A stretch of 64,000 nt of DNA from positions 6,572,001 through 6,636,000 of the forward strand of contig NC_134028.1 in assembly GCF_964204645.1 (NCBI RefSeq). The letters run 5' to 3'. Both the position numbers and the translations under genes were made by a program. Below the pieces are notes generated by a model. The model worked only from the letters and a program-made list of their open reading frames with translations. It searched no databases and was not told the origin of the DNA. Of the stretch, positions 1 through 14,000 are shown piece after piece; within the stretch, counting starts at the first letter, position 1; each line of letters starts with the position of its first letter. Source of the stretch: Tubulanus polymorphus. Its lineage: Eukaryota; Animalia; Nemertea.

Positions 1-926
1 ACGAAGTTATCCGACAGATTTCATTGAATACCGCGCGCGTCTCGTCGAGAGAGAAGTTTGATATCGCTAATCAGAAATGCTGATGTGTGTTTGATGAGAA
101 CGCAACCGAGTCGAGTGGCGATATGAATAAACGTGGATTTTCTTATTTGTTCAGAAATAGCTGCGCCGGATTTCGAAGTCCTGGATAAACGGAGCGCCGG
201 TAATTCTAGACCTTATTAATTAATAATTAAAATACCTAGGATAAGCCCCGCTCGTGCGTCATCGCCAACGTGGCCTGACTTATGTTCTTTGGCGAATGTT
301 CTTTTAAATATTCATCACGACTTGGAGAATCTCATATAGAGATGTTTCTCGGAGATTATGAACATTGATACGGGCTAGAGAAATCTCAGGTAACATCGGA
401 ATAACTGATGAGAACCCGAAACCCGTTCAATACGGGCGTTTTTTTAGAAATCAGATGGCCGTAAAAACCATATCCGCAAGGAAACTTCTGATACAGAAAC
501 TTTCGAAAGGTTAGAGATTGCGGATGGAGGGGAGGAAATACATGCGGCAGCACTGATTCTTGTTGTATCATGTAAGTCACTTATTACCGACCCACTTCAC
601 GAATCAGTCTAAAATAGGGGATTGGCTATCGAAGCGTGGTAGATATCGTAAAGATAAACCGTTAAGATTTCGATCCCATTCACATATTCTAATTTTTCAT
701 CTAAGATAAAGTGGATTTGGTATTTATAAAATACCCTCGAGCAAAAACACGACTAATTGTTGACGTTAACTATCCCTAGTGTAGTGGGAGGTTTGTCACT
801 CCAAAAGCGTAATTAATACAGCTCTTTAAGGTCATGATTTATCTTTGTCCTGAAAATAAACTTACTACGGCTATGCCTATCAGGCCTACAAAAAACCCAA
901 ATAAAACACATATTAATTTCGATGTT

Positions 927-1053
927 ACGGAGCCCCGGTGATAACTTGGTGAAAAATAAATATTTTTCTTTTCGAGGGAACGAAATTATCTTTTCGTTCG
1001 AACGAAAAGAAAACTATATTAAACTGGTCGCCATGTTACCTCCGCGGCTCCGT
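927..1053. mobile_element. MITE with about 26-bp imperfect TIRs
   Basis: acggagccccggtgataacttggtga pairs with tcgccatgttacctccgcggctccgt. AT-rich, partly palindromic interior. Confidence 0.6.
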
Positions 1054-2039
1054 GCGATGTAGATAAATCCTAAGTATAAAAAATGAAGGCAAATTCAATG
1101 CAACGTAAGCTTATATTCATGATAATCATAATTTCAAACACAGATGCAATCAGATTCGAATACAAAGATATCATAAATTCGGTGCTCAAGAAATTCAAAA
1201 TACATCTGATTGAATAAGTCAGGCATTTCAAAATTTGAGTTATCATCCCGTTTGAAGCTAACACGGCAGTTATTGACTTGAAAACCTCTGTTTACAATCA
1301 CCAATATCTATTTTTTCCGGGAGTTGTTACTATTAAATGAGAATAGATATTGATCACTGGTGAATTGAACCGACATTTATTCGGAGCACTGCTATTAGAA
1401 AATAGGCGCTAGACGATCATGAAATTACTCGGGGCAATGATTAATTTTTTTCCTCCCAGACGTTATCGCTCTAATTGCTAACTTTTTAATCTCTTGAAAT
1501 TTCGGTCATCGTGACCTCAAACCGACCGACATTCAGCAACACAGATTTTCACAGAGCTTTCTTTCCAATTTTACTCGTTATCTGCGTAGACTGAGTAAGT
1601 GTCGGAATGGCAGTTCGTCCGGAGGTATCAGGAACATGATCATTTTCAGATTTTAGAGTGCATTTTAGAGACGAATTAGATTTAGATAAGATTTGGTAAA
1701 GGATGACATTAAATCTAAGTTAGCAAGCGCTGGGTTTTAGGCTCTCTGCGAGTCGAACAAAAATGGGCCGGTCCTATACTCCCAACCAAACAGTTTCGGA
1801 TGGAATTTTCATAACTACGATAATTCAAATTGGATAATTATGAAATATATAATGTATCTATGTTATTATATATTCTTTATTGACGAATTAAATTACATTA
1901 GAAAATTACATTGGTGATAACAAGGTAATGTAATCGATGTATACCAAGAGAAGTTACAAACCTGTATCCATAAAACATGGACTGGCGCACATTTGATATT
2001 TTAGCTTACTATTCCAGCTTTTTAGCTTACTGCTATTAC

Positions 2040-5000
2040 CTTTTCGGAAGTTCTCGTTGAAGCCGGCGTATATAATCGGGTTTAAGGCACTGTTCGAGAA
2101 CGCCATGAATGAAGCGAAGAAGGTGAACTCTTCGTACCAGTCGCCGTATGGCTATGAGACAATCAAACGAAGAAAATGCGTTATCAACCAAAATTTGAGA
2201 TGAAAAAAAGTTGATCAAGTAAAAAGGTTTCCTGCAACTGATGGAACTCAGAATTAGAATTCAGTTTTAGTTTATTTTTCAACCTCTCGATGTTATCTTG
2301 TAAGAATTTCAAGGAAACAAATTTGATATAATGGAATATGAAATGAAGTCGAGCTCATCAATAAAACAGTATCGACGGAATGAGAATTTCGTCTATTATC
2401 TATACCTTATCTGCTGGCTTGAATTCGATGTATAATATGGATACTTGCAGCGGTAACCAACAAATAGTGAAAACCGACAATATAATTATCAACATTACAA
2501 CAACCTGAAAAATAGAATAAACAGGATTATTTCGGAAACATTCGGAAGTTTCTTCGCGAACCAACCTGAAATCTAAGGATAGTGTACCTGCTATGTCAAC
2601 ACGCTTTGCTGATGATTAGGACACTTGCAAAGTACAATTTTTTTTCAATTTTCATTACACTTTAGAGGGAGAGCACTTCCACTGAACAGCAGTCACAATG
2701 AACTTCATTGAAATGTATTAAGTCGTCTAGGAAATGAGCCCATATAAATGTCGTGATGGTCGACCATAGATGGTCTAAATAATTGTTCGAGACTAATTAA
2801 TCGAGACTTTGTATATACATTTGTTCAGGTGCGGATCCAGGGGCAGAAGCCAAAACAATGGTCTGGAAATCTTTGAAATTTCAGTGCAATTTCATACAAT
2901 TTCTAGGTAACTGGGGGACATTTTTGAGAATATAAGTCTTTCGCTGCAGACTGTTGTCGGGTGGAAAGATATTGCCATTGTATTTTCGAAAGGGCGCGGG
3001 AAAATTGCGACGGGGGCACGTGCTGCTAGTGCTCCCGTATCCAACCATTTGTTTACCGTTTTATTACATCATAAATATATTCAAAGAATTTATGGACGGT
3101 ATTCACCTTTTTCTTGACTTTATCTTGAACGCTGTTTTCACTTTCTAACTGTTCGCCCGGAATCCTACTCGACCAAAGACGACGAATGATCAAAACATAC
3201 GCCACCGCCATTACAATAATCGGGATGAAAAACAAGAACAACGTCGTAATCACGTTGTAGATACGTTTGCCTTCGATTGTATGGACGCTTCCATTCTTGA
3301 CAGTAGTCGGCCAGACTTCGCTGCACCATATCTCGTGATGGTCGAGCCACTTCCTGCTGTTGGTTTTACGGTAACGGAGTAACGGAGATGCGACGGCTGT
3401 AGATACGATCCAAACTAATACGATGAAGACGCTGGCTCGACGTTCGGTCATGTGAGCCTTCATGGCGAATATGATGCCGAAAAAACGATCGCAAGCGATC
3501 AACATCAGCGTCAGAATACTGGACACGGACACAACGACTGCAAATACAAAATGAATACGGAGAACAAATTATCGATGCCTTAGTTTTAGAACGTCTCATG
3601 CAGTCTACCTCCCGCCGAAGCGCATGCCCACACAAACCCTGGGCCAAATTCGGTTTCGTATCTAGTCGACTAGTGGTCGTAACTAATAACCGAATCCGCT
3701 TGATTTTCGAACTATTTCCAGAATATAGTTCCGACTAACGGACGTTCGGTTTCGTTTAGTTCGACCATAGTCGACTAATCAGATAACCGAAGGTGGCCCT
3801 GGCTGCAAACCCTTCATTAGATTCTTGGTCGCCGCTAAATGGCCACCAGTCTATATATCTACCCAATAAGATGCGTAGCAAATCTACCGATGAAAAACAA
3901 CGCCTCTGATTGGCTTAATATATAGACCGGTGGCCGGTCAGCGGCAACCTGTCCGTCCGAGAAATGTTGGGCAATGTGATAGGGCAATGAAGGGTTTGTG
4001 TTGGCGTGAGCTTCAGCGGAAGGCAATCAAACCCTGGCAAGCGACCCACTCGTCCTAAACAGAGAGGAAAAAGGTAGATTTAGTGAATGATGCATGTGGT
4101 CAACTATGAACTCTGATAAAGCTGATGGGCTAACAAGACAATAAAGACTGATAACAGTTGAATATGCGATTATGTTTGTTTAAGGCGCTGGTATTTTGTA
4201 GTTTTGTCTTCTAATCAATCATATGAACAGAAATCTATGTTAATCTATACAAAGGTAAATCGACCGAATGAAAGCCGCTGATTGCGGTGTCAGCAGTTTG
4301 AGAGCTACGTCAGACGTTTAAACGAACAAGCTGAACTTGGCGAATGCGTTTACAGAAACGAATCAAACAATATGCAATATGACTTTCAATATGAACTTCA
4401 ATGTGACCTTCAATGTGACCTTCTTTGTGATACAAATCGTTCTATCTCAGTCTTAAACGTCTACCCGGTTGGATATTTGACGCAGGACGTGACTACCGTT
4501 CGTTAGAAATAAGCTCCGGTTGGATTTGAAAAAATAAACCAGTAGTGGTGACCAAGCGCCCGAGCTGAATGGAAATTTAAGTCACAGCAGTGAAAATAGA
4601 TTCGCATTTCATAACGATTATCGATTCGTCATCACGAAAACACTCCAGGTTTTTTTAGGAAATTCAACGCAAAAGTTTATCTTTTCTTCAGATCTACATA
4701 CAACGAATTATCATCCGCTCGTGACGGACGCAAATCGGGTGGAGATCGGACATCTGATGAAAAAAATCAAATAGGTCCATTCGATTCATCTTCAATTGAA
4801 TAGTCATTATAGATTGCTGAAGGGGCAAAGGGCGATAATTAATTTCTCGGGAGAACTGGATCGGTCACGTTCGAAACCAAAAGAGAATCATCACACAACG
4901 AATCAGATCTCATCTATCAACCGATATTACACAGATAACGTCCAAACATCACTGAATATGTATCTCCCAAATATGGTTCCCGAATGTTTACGAAAAACGA

Positions 5001-8000
5001 GATGATTTGTCAATTTCTTCGCGAAACAACACCGGATGTAACAACACTGAATTATTTATTCAATTCGCCCTTTTTAATCGAAGATTTATATCACATATCG
5101 GACATCATTTCTACCAGTATGAAATAACCTATCTATACATCATGTTCGATTTTATATAATCTGACTTCAGAAATATTAATTACTTTAGTAAATCAATTCA
5201 TGCACATGTATTAGGAGTTGACGCGTTTTTTTGTTGTTTTTTGGCTGTCTCTTCATCTCTGTATATAACCTGCAATATGCTTCCCGTGAACTAAATTTGA
5301 ACTTGAACTGAAAATCATCTTACCACGAGTAAGGAATAGCCACACGAATGATCTTTCGACATTGCTTCCAATGAGGCAATCGGATGACCCGTGTCATTAA
5401 GAACTATGGTTACTAATATGCATATCAGTCGTCTACCTTTTGTTATCAGACGCCCAGTCGAAAATCATAATGGATGTTAAGGAGGATTTACGAAAAATAA
5501 GGCAAAGAGTCGTGGATAAAACGAATGTAAGCTCCTCTTTGGATGTTTGTTGTTGATTCTACAAGGAATCGGTTTTATCGACAAAGACTGCGGTAAGTTA
5601 CGTATAATATTCTGAAACAGAAGATAAAAAATGTCTTGAATATGACCTTTTACTGTAGAAAAAAACCCATCTTGACCTACATTCTACGGCGGAAGAAAGT
5701 AGACAACGGCAGTTTATGAATGGACATCTAGCAAGAAAACAAACTGGAAAGTCCATTGACGCCTTGAAGAAACATACATGATACATATATTATCGACAAT
5801 GAATATAACATGATATGATATCAAGGATGAATAAAGTTATTTTCAATTGGAATAACGAACTGAATTGACCGACAACACGCTAGCCCCAATATTGATGACG
5901 TAAGGCACATCCGCTCAAAATTCATTATTCAAATTCATTAAATACGAGTCAAGAAATATATCTAATTACATCCTATAATTCACAATTGTAATTGTTATTT
6001 TGAAACGCCAATATTGATGACGTAGTGCGCATCGACTCACACAGCATCTCTTACATAACGCATAGTAGTTATCATTATGTAAATACATTACTGTAACGGT
6101 TTGCAGGGCGTCAAAATTTAAATACTCGATGTTTTGAAAGGAACTCTTTCAAAAAATTCTGAGAGAGAAATAGGCAGGAATACAGACGGGTCCGCTTTGT
6201 GGCGGAACAGTTCCATGCGGCGAATACATAGATGGCGACTCTTTCTCACACTCGGATGACTGATGATTGTGGGTGACAGATTCAATTAGACCGCGTACGA
6301 TATGGTCGAGTTTAATTTGTGAAGCAATATGTGGTTTCGCATAGCGCAAACTGAATGAATCGATCGTTGTGTATCGGGTGCTGGTAACTTTCTGTAACAA
6401 TCCAATTTGCGCTCATAAATTAAGCAGCGACGTGCGATGCTTTGATCAGACGTTAGACACGTGATAAGGACAAATTGTCAAAGTACTTTATGGTGATTGA
6501 TTCGTCCTAAAAACTCTCTATAGCCTTTGTTTTTGTCTGCTTGTGTATTTTGTCCATCGATCTACAGCGTTTTACCAATGACTGTAGCGAAAAAAAACTA
6601 GTATACATTCTCCGCATCAAAAATGACCTGTTGCTTTCTGCGATTCGAACAATACGCGCCAGATTACATTGCCTTTCAATCTAATTCGAACATCGAACCA
6701 TGGGCAGGTCCAGGGTAGAGTGCAGAGAGGCACATCCTATCCTAGAAATGTCAAGTTGCCCCGATATTCTATACGGACAAATGAAAAATATTAAATCGAC
6801 ACCTAAAAAAGTTTACATTTGTGAGCTTCATCATGTCTCTATTTCCAAAAAATGAGTTAATGATTTCCGATCAGCTTTCTTTTGGGGAGTCCTTTTAATT
6901 GTATGATATGCCCTTTCTTTTGGGGGTGCACCCTTCCCTGAATCAGACCCTATACATCCGCACTCTCGTATTCTCGTATCCGCACTCCCGTGACTCTGAT
7001 GATTAGATACGAAATCTGCTAAGAAAAAGTAACTTTCTTCTACCGACTCGTCTACAGATTTGTAGTAAGTAAAAATGTTTTCGACCGAAAAAAAACTATG
7101 TACTGTCGGCAGCGGAGAGCGCAAATAGGTGTGTGATGGTGACAAAGTGTCTTTCCGTCGCCTGTCGCAATGATTTATACCTCAATTGACCGAACAATTT
7201 CCTCAATGTTACTAAGATCATCAGCTGCTGTCAGTTGCAGATCTGATTACCTAAGATAAATATTTGACGCCATTTTGAAATATTAATCACCCAACGAGCA
7301 CGTCGGCAGTTTGTTATTCGAGACGTTTAGTGAAATTCATTTCCAGGTTTTATAATTCGATCTTCCGCGTAATGCTCCAACGAAAAAAAAATGAAATGCA
7401 GACTATCACTAGTTTATGTGCCTCTATATGTTTTTATAGTAGAATCTTTTGATCATTTGACTTCGTTCAAATAACACACTGGCAACGCTACTATGGTCCG
7501 TATTAATGAATTGTGAGCCTGAGAATCCTGTCCTAAAAACGGAAAACCTGATGATTAGTGTCACCATCTCGAGGGATCTTGTGCTGCCGGTACCCTGCAT
7601 TCGACACTTTTAAAATAAATCCTTGATCGAAGACGGCATTACCATTGAATACCTCGTTATTATGCGGTGAGATAAGGGCTCGCATCTTTACCTGTTCTAA
7701 ACCGCGTGAAGCTTGGCTTTCGGGAAGCCTTACCGAACGTGAACAAGATGCAAACATTTATACTTTAAACAAACTCTTATGATGTGCATTAGAACTATAT
7801 CTCCGAATAGATGACCTTCAACGTGAATTTTATTTTTGACCCCATACGAAGACCTAAACGCAATAAAGCAAATAACACAATTCTCGCTTTAGACCTTCAT
7901 ACTGTTTATACATTGGATGAAATAATAATTGATTAATCCCACCAAACTTCAAAGGGACTGATTCTTACGACTTCAGAAGATATTTTGAACGGAAATTGCA

Positions 8001-11000
8001 GAGCTACTTAACAGAGAGCGGAGAAAAATGGCGCTTCACAACGAGATTTACCAATACAAAAGGCCTTCGAGAAGTTAGTTTCAAGGATCACTAATAGAGG
8101 GACCTGCTGGTATTTGGGTGAATAGTTTAAACCGACTGAATCCATCACGCATATCTCAACAGGATCTCCGTAACTCATTCGGCCATAAAATTGCGTCGAA
8201 TTGTTCCACATCAATTATTTCTTTCTCTGCTTCTGGAATGTGTGTTGTCAGTAAGGGCAATCAACGCAGTTAGCAGTCTTTCGTGGTACATGATAGCTGT
8301 AGACATTATAAGATCGGATTACAGAAGGTTTGTCGTCTCAGTCCAGTCTCCTACTGGTTTGTTACCGCCGCACACATTGTGATTTCGGCACTGTTTAAGT
8401 TAATATCGTTGCATGTCTGAAGAAACAAAACAACAACTTGCAACCGGAATGATAGAAAAATGTTCAAAGAAATACTGTCATCTTTGATATTATTCCATTT
8501 ATCTATGTTAGTTTGATGAAATGATTGCCCACGGGCCAAGTAAATACGGCCGTATGAAATGGAAAATTGAGCTGATTGAATAAAGTTCAAAACATATTAG
8601 ACTAGAGAAGAAATAAGTGGCGATGATTAACAGTTAGTAATCCCTGAGTCGGAATTTTTCAATTAACTTCCTCGAAAGGGGAGAAGTGTGCCATAGCAGT
8701 AAAATGACCTATGGGCAGCAGCCCGAACCACCGGCCAACCGACCCACCCAATAATAAGCAGGCCGAGTTACCGACTAACCTAACCGACGGGCAGGTAGAT
8801 CATTAGCCGTAGCCAACTTGAATCACGCATCAAGCGGCATCGCGTCTCAAACCACAGCTACTCCGTGAATGTGGCCGTGAAGTCATCGATTTTCAGGAAT
8901 CCGTAGCGTCATGATGAGCAAGCAAGTTCCCGAAACGATACCCCGGGATCGCCACGGACAAGCCGCATCTAACGGTCGGATGACGTTTTTGATGTACTAC
9001 ATGATACTGGTTCACCTGCTCGGTGCTTTCCCCGTGCAGGAAGTGTTGTAAATACAGCGAGACGGATAGTACTTTACAGGTAAACTTCAGAGTTTATCGA
9101 CGCACGAGCTTTCACTACAAGTACCTTCATCGGGCGAATGAACGAGGAAGCATCGAGTAAAATTCATTGGCATTTCATATACACATTTTTTCCATCAAAG
9201 TAACCACTGACACACCCATAAAGAATTTTAGAAAATGTCAAATATATTTGAATTGATATTTCCATTCATGCACCATAGATTTATCTTAAAACTATTACGA
9301 GTTTGGCGGGCGGGACTCCCGTTCAGGTGCGCGTAGTGCCGATTGGCTGTTGCGCACGAAACATCGGGCATCCGGTCGATGAGGAATTTCCGTCGAAACG
9401 TCATAGTGGTATCAAAAATATCGCTTTGGCAGAAATCTGTGAGGAATCGATAGCTACGATCTTTGATTTTTAGGGAAACCAGAAATAGACAGTTATTTCA
9501 TCGGTCGCTTGTGCGGCAACTATTTGAAGTAACTAAAGTCGTTCCCGTTCAAACTTTTACAACCTTTGACTCTACTTGAATCGGGCGAGTGTTTTGGTTC
9601 AACGTCAAACGGTTTGCGTCGAGCTTGTTCGCGTTTCTTGGGTTGATGTATAGGGGAGGATTAGAAAGGGATTAAAACCGGAATCCGTTGTTCGCGGTGT
9701 TCGCACTCTGGGAAAAGGAGTCGTTTCTCCGGTTTGTTATGATAACCGAACGAGTGTTATCTCATGGCGGCAGATTCAGGTATCGTTCCAGCTTTAGGGG
9801 TTGTTAACACGGCGTGGTTCGAAGTCGATACTTGATAAGTTTTTTTTAACACGCGGCTCCCCCGGTGGCGATACAGTCAGCAATGCACCAACAATGTGTT
9901 CGACAATGATAACGAAGAACAACTTTCATACGGTGTCGCACTGTGCTAAATTCTCTGTTCTAAACGATGATATTTAATCATTAGCAAAGAAAGCTGTTAA
10001 TAATTTGGATAGTTTAAAGTTTGGTATAGCAATATATCTGTTGGTAGATCGGTTGGAAAATATTTGATTTCAATGTTCAGAAGACGGAGAATGCTTCGGG
10101 GCGACGAAACCGAGTAAATATAGCTACCCTATCAACTTGATATTTCTGTTTTTTTGAACATGTAATTTGTATTCGATTATTTTATTAAGATTTGTAATTT
10201 TGATTATCTGCCATACAAGTGTAGTACACACTTTGATAAAGAATAAACTACTACTTCTACTTAATATTATATATTTCGGTATAGAGAGAATCTTCATATA
10301 GAGATTCTTATGTAAAATGTAATGAACTGTAATTTACTCCCTGGCTTTGAGTAATTAGTAATTTTTATGTGTTAATAGTTCTTCAGTCGAACACAAAAAA
10401 TGCATCTGGGAAATTGTAAAGAAATATCTCTTTTATGACAAATAATCATGATATTATACCTATGACGGGGAAACAAGCATTTAGATACTAGAAATAATAA
10501 AGAATTGACAAGAGGGAAATTGAAACTATAAGTTGACTGAGACTCACGCTTAATTTCAACCTTTTAGAAAAAAAAACAAGTGGAGATCATTTATATTGCA
10601 TGGATTTTTCAGAAAATCGTACGGTTAAATAAATATTTAGGTTGTTCAAAACATTTAATATCGCCAATGCAGCAAGTGCACCGATAAGAGTGGTTAGTTG
10701 AGGCATGTCTCCATTTTTGTCTGGCCTAATCTTTGCTGAAGGAACACGTGGAATGAGGTAGGTACAGAATTAGCTCAATGAGCATTCGCACGAGGTTCCC
10801 GTTAGACAATGTAATCCTAAGAAATTATCGCGAAGCGTTTCAACCCAGCTTGAAACAAACAGCCTCTTGTGATCTGACGGAGTCGGAAAAACATTGCAGT
10901 TTTGGCGTAATTAACTTCTGTTTACAAACAAAAATAGAAGTTCGTTGTTAATTCAAGAATATTCTAAGACTGTGAGCTGCTTTAAAGTTTTTCGCTGGAA

Positions 11001-14000
11001 TCCGAGGGAAATGTACTTTCTCGCCGTTAATAGCTTACTTCGCAGGTTAGAACGCAAATCTTGGCATTAACAAATCGAAATAGATTCTCACGGTTATAAC
11101 TTATTGCTTGGATATACATCAGCATAATTTGCATAGGGCTTCGTCATTGGCTCCTCTTTGTCGATGAAAATGGCCGATGTTTTCCAAACCTACCAATTGT
11201 ATAAGGCAGGGTTCGAGTCCCAATTAATATCATCGTACCGGTGTGTAAAAATGTGTATGTAAATTTCCAAGCACGCGCGCACCGAAATCTACACGTTTAT
11301 TTCCATGCTTCCAAATCCTATTTCCTAGATTGTAAATACATATATCCTATTTCCTAGATTGTAAATACATATATTGACTGGCTAATTAAACTACGCTGCT
11401 GGAGTATAACGTATCCGTAAACTATCAGTTGCCACGCATATCAATTAATTGTATATAAGCTAGCTTTAATTTCTGCTGGAAATCAAGTTCCTCGTTGGAG
11501 GTCCTTCGTATTTCAACATCTGCTTCAAACATGCAGCACCGCTAAGAGTGTTTAATTGTCATCTTCAATGATCAAGGGCCTTATAGGCACGATGTGATCC
11601 GAGACCGATATGTAAACTAATCCCAGCTGGGGCCAGTTGCACAGTCGTGACTTAAGTCCAAAAGTGGTCTTAAAACTTAAGACTGGTCTTAAGTTGTTAG
11701 ATTGGCTATAGAACTAAGTTGGTCTTAGACGGGTCTTAAGTCTAAGCCATGACTATGCAACCGGCCCCAGATTTCAGATCGTGGCAACGCGTTGAAACGT
11801 CATTGCAGTAAAACGGGACTAAATCGAGAGATACTCGTTTTAGTACTAATCATTTTCTTTGCTTGAACTTATTCCAGCCGTGACAGAAGTAGCAGTTTAA
11901 ATAGAACACCCGGCTCACGAGCACGCTTCTCACAGGCCTACGCCAATTACTTCATTATCGATCAAAAATAGCGAAAACAACGAGAAAGTTGCAGCCAGCC
12001 ATAACCGTTTTATAACGCAGCGATGTCTGAGGTTTTGTTCGACGATTTCAAATTACCCAATCTATCAGTGCAACTATAAATCGAGAGTAATCGAGTGAAG
12101 ATCAGTCGTGAATCATTGAATATCTATGCTCACTTCGCATTTGCGTTATATTCATCCGTCGACCGCAAGATTATCTATAGCTCAAGACGGTTCAACATAA
12201 ACCAACCATGACAATCACTGATTAACCGCTTGAAAACCACGATAAATTCATGTTATTCATTTTTTAACACCTTCAAATACGACGAATAGGAACACAAAAT
12301 CCACCCTTCCAATCACGGTTTCGTTAAGAAGATCCTCAATAAGGATGAAATGATTCTAAAGAGAATTTGTATCAGCAGAAAAATGTTCTGCTGTGTATTT
12401 ATTACAACTGTTTCTAACAGGAAATGACTTCGGGCTGTGAAATTTATTACAATATCTGATACAATATGCGAACTTTTTTTCACACTTCAAAATGCGCTGT
12501 GTAAGCATTTACGAAATGTGTCGTATCTTCAAGTACATCGAGGAGTTATTCTCGACGATATTTCAACATGACAGCTACATATAACTTGGCATAATGCATC
12601 CGATGTAAATCTATTATATATACAGGGCATACATCTTCAATATCAAATTCTGATATCGAGTTTGTTAACGGGAAGGAATCTTTACGTACTTACTCATTCC
12701 ATGTTACTCACTCTCGTTGTTGGCAACCGGAATTCTTAAGAAATTTTTTTCTTTCTAGTCGCTGCAAGTTACGTCAGAAGTCAAAGATCAGATAAAGTCT
12801 TTATCGGGGAGCTCACATAAGGAACTAGATTTGTTCCTCATCGCGTCAGTCAAAATGCCTCGTCGAGATTTTCTGGTGAATTATTGAAGAGCTTCTGCCC
12901 CGATAACGTGTGCGGAAATTCACAGATGCCAAGCACAAACTCGTGTAATATATGGCGTCGTATATTCAACGATGGAACGCGGGCAGAAATGGACACACAA
13001 CTTACAGACAAACCGTTAAACCCGTACAGAATTTTCCATGTTCGGTTAAAAATTCGTAATGGAAATTTCCAAAAAAATTATATTGTATGTCGTGCGGTCT
13101 ATCATCATACGTAGGTCGTGCTTTTCTAAATCCGCTGAACTATACAAAAGAATGTATGTTCCAAAAACATCCGCATTGTAAATATGTATTCTTGTTAATT
13201 AGTTTTGTAAACTGTTGTTTATTTCTATGTTTGTAATCTTGATTTTATTTATGTTGTCTGTCGTTGCTTGTTCCTTTTATAACGATTTGTATATATTCCA
13301 TATAGGTTTTCAAGCGTTGTGTTCATATTCTAACCGAAAAAAGATTGAAATATTGAGATGCATTCCTTTCGACTCGTTAATTTTCTGATTCAAATGATGA
13401 TATTTTTGCCTGAATAATGTAACGGTGTTTAGTGGCCGCCGATTGGTTTGTATTACATTCCCAGCTTTGGGATCGGTATTGTTTTAATAATTCATAGCAT
13501 CGTAAGTGTGGAGAGAATCTCGTGTGAGTTCCGATAGATCAGTCATACGTAAACCCTTTGTAAAACGTATCGGCGATTTTAAATATGTATATATGCGCTA
13601 GAATATATACATTAAAATGCACAACAGAAAAAAAAATCGGGCCTTCCCAATCTGAGCATATACAGGGAGACAGACGTTTTTTCGTAGTTACGATTATACA
13701 AATAGGCTCGTACCCACCATCTCCTCTCCCAGTCTTTAGTTCTTCTATTTTTGTTAAGGAAAATCCTTAGACTATACAGTCAAGCCCCAATATACCGCCT
13801 ACATCGGTGCAGAACGATTTTGGCGGTATAGAGAGTATGGCGATATATCGGGGGTATTTTACTACGTATTTGTATTGAGATGTACACCTGGCGGTAAGCG
13901 GGGATGGCGGTAAATGGGAGGTCGGTATATCGGGGGTTGAATGTATTTCCATATCATTGATCGTTCCGCACAGTCCGGGGTTTGATTCTCATCTGCTTTT

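Noticed and set aside
404-430. CTGATGA-GAACCC-GAAAC, a hammerhead-like core
   Set aside because: Stem II has only one base pair and there is no stem I complementarity.
1954-1961. Possible final GPCR exon (cag|GT TTG TAA), and an alternative at about 1285
   Set aside because: The first gives an implausibly short tail and the second needs a poor GAG acceptor. It cannot be resolved without cDNA.
9375-9405. gatgaggaatttccgtcgaaacgtc, a possible decayed hammerhead within TE-like sequence at about 8700-10260
   Set aside because: The CUGA core and stem I are missing, and no recognisable ORF classifies the surrounding region.
11205-11222. GGTTCGAGTCC B-box, tRNA/SINE-like
   Set aside because: No cloverleaf or convincing A-box, so not a tRNA.
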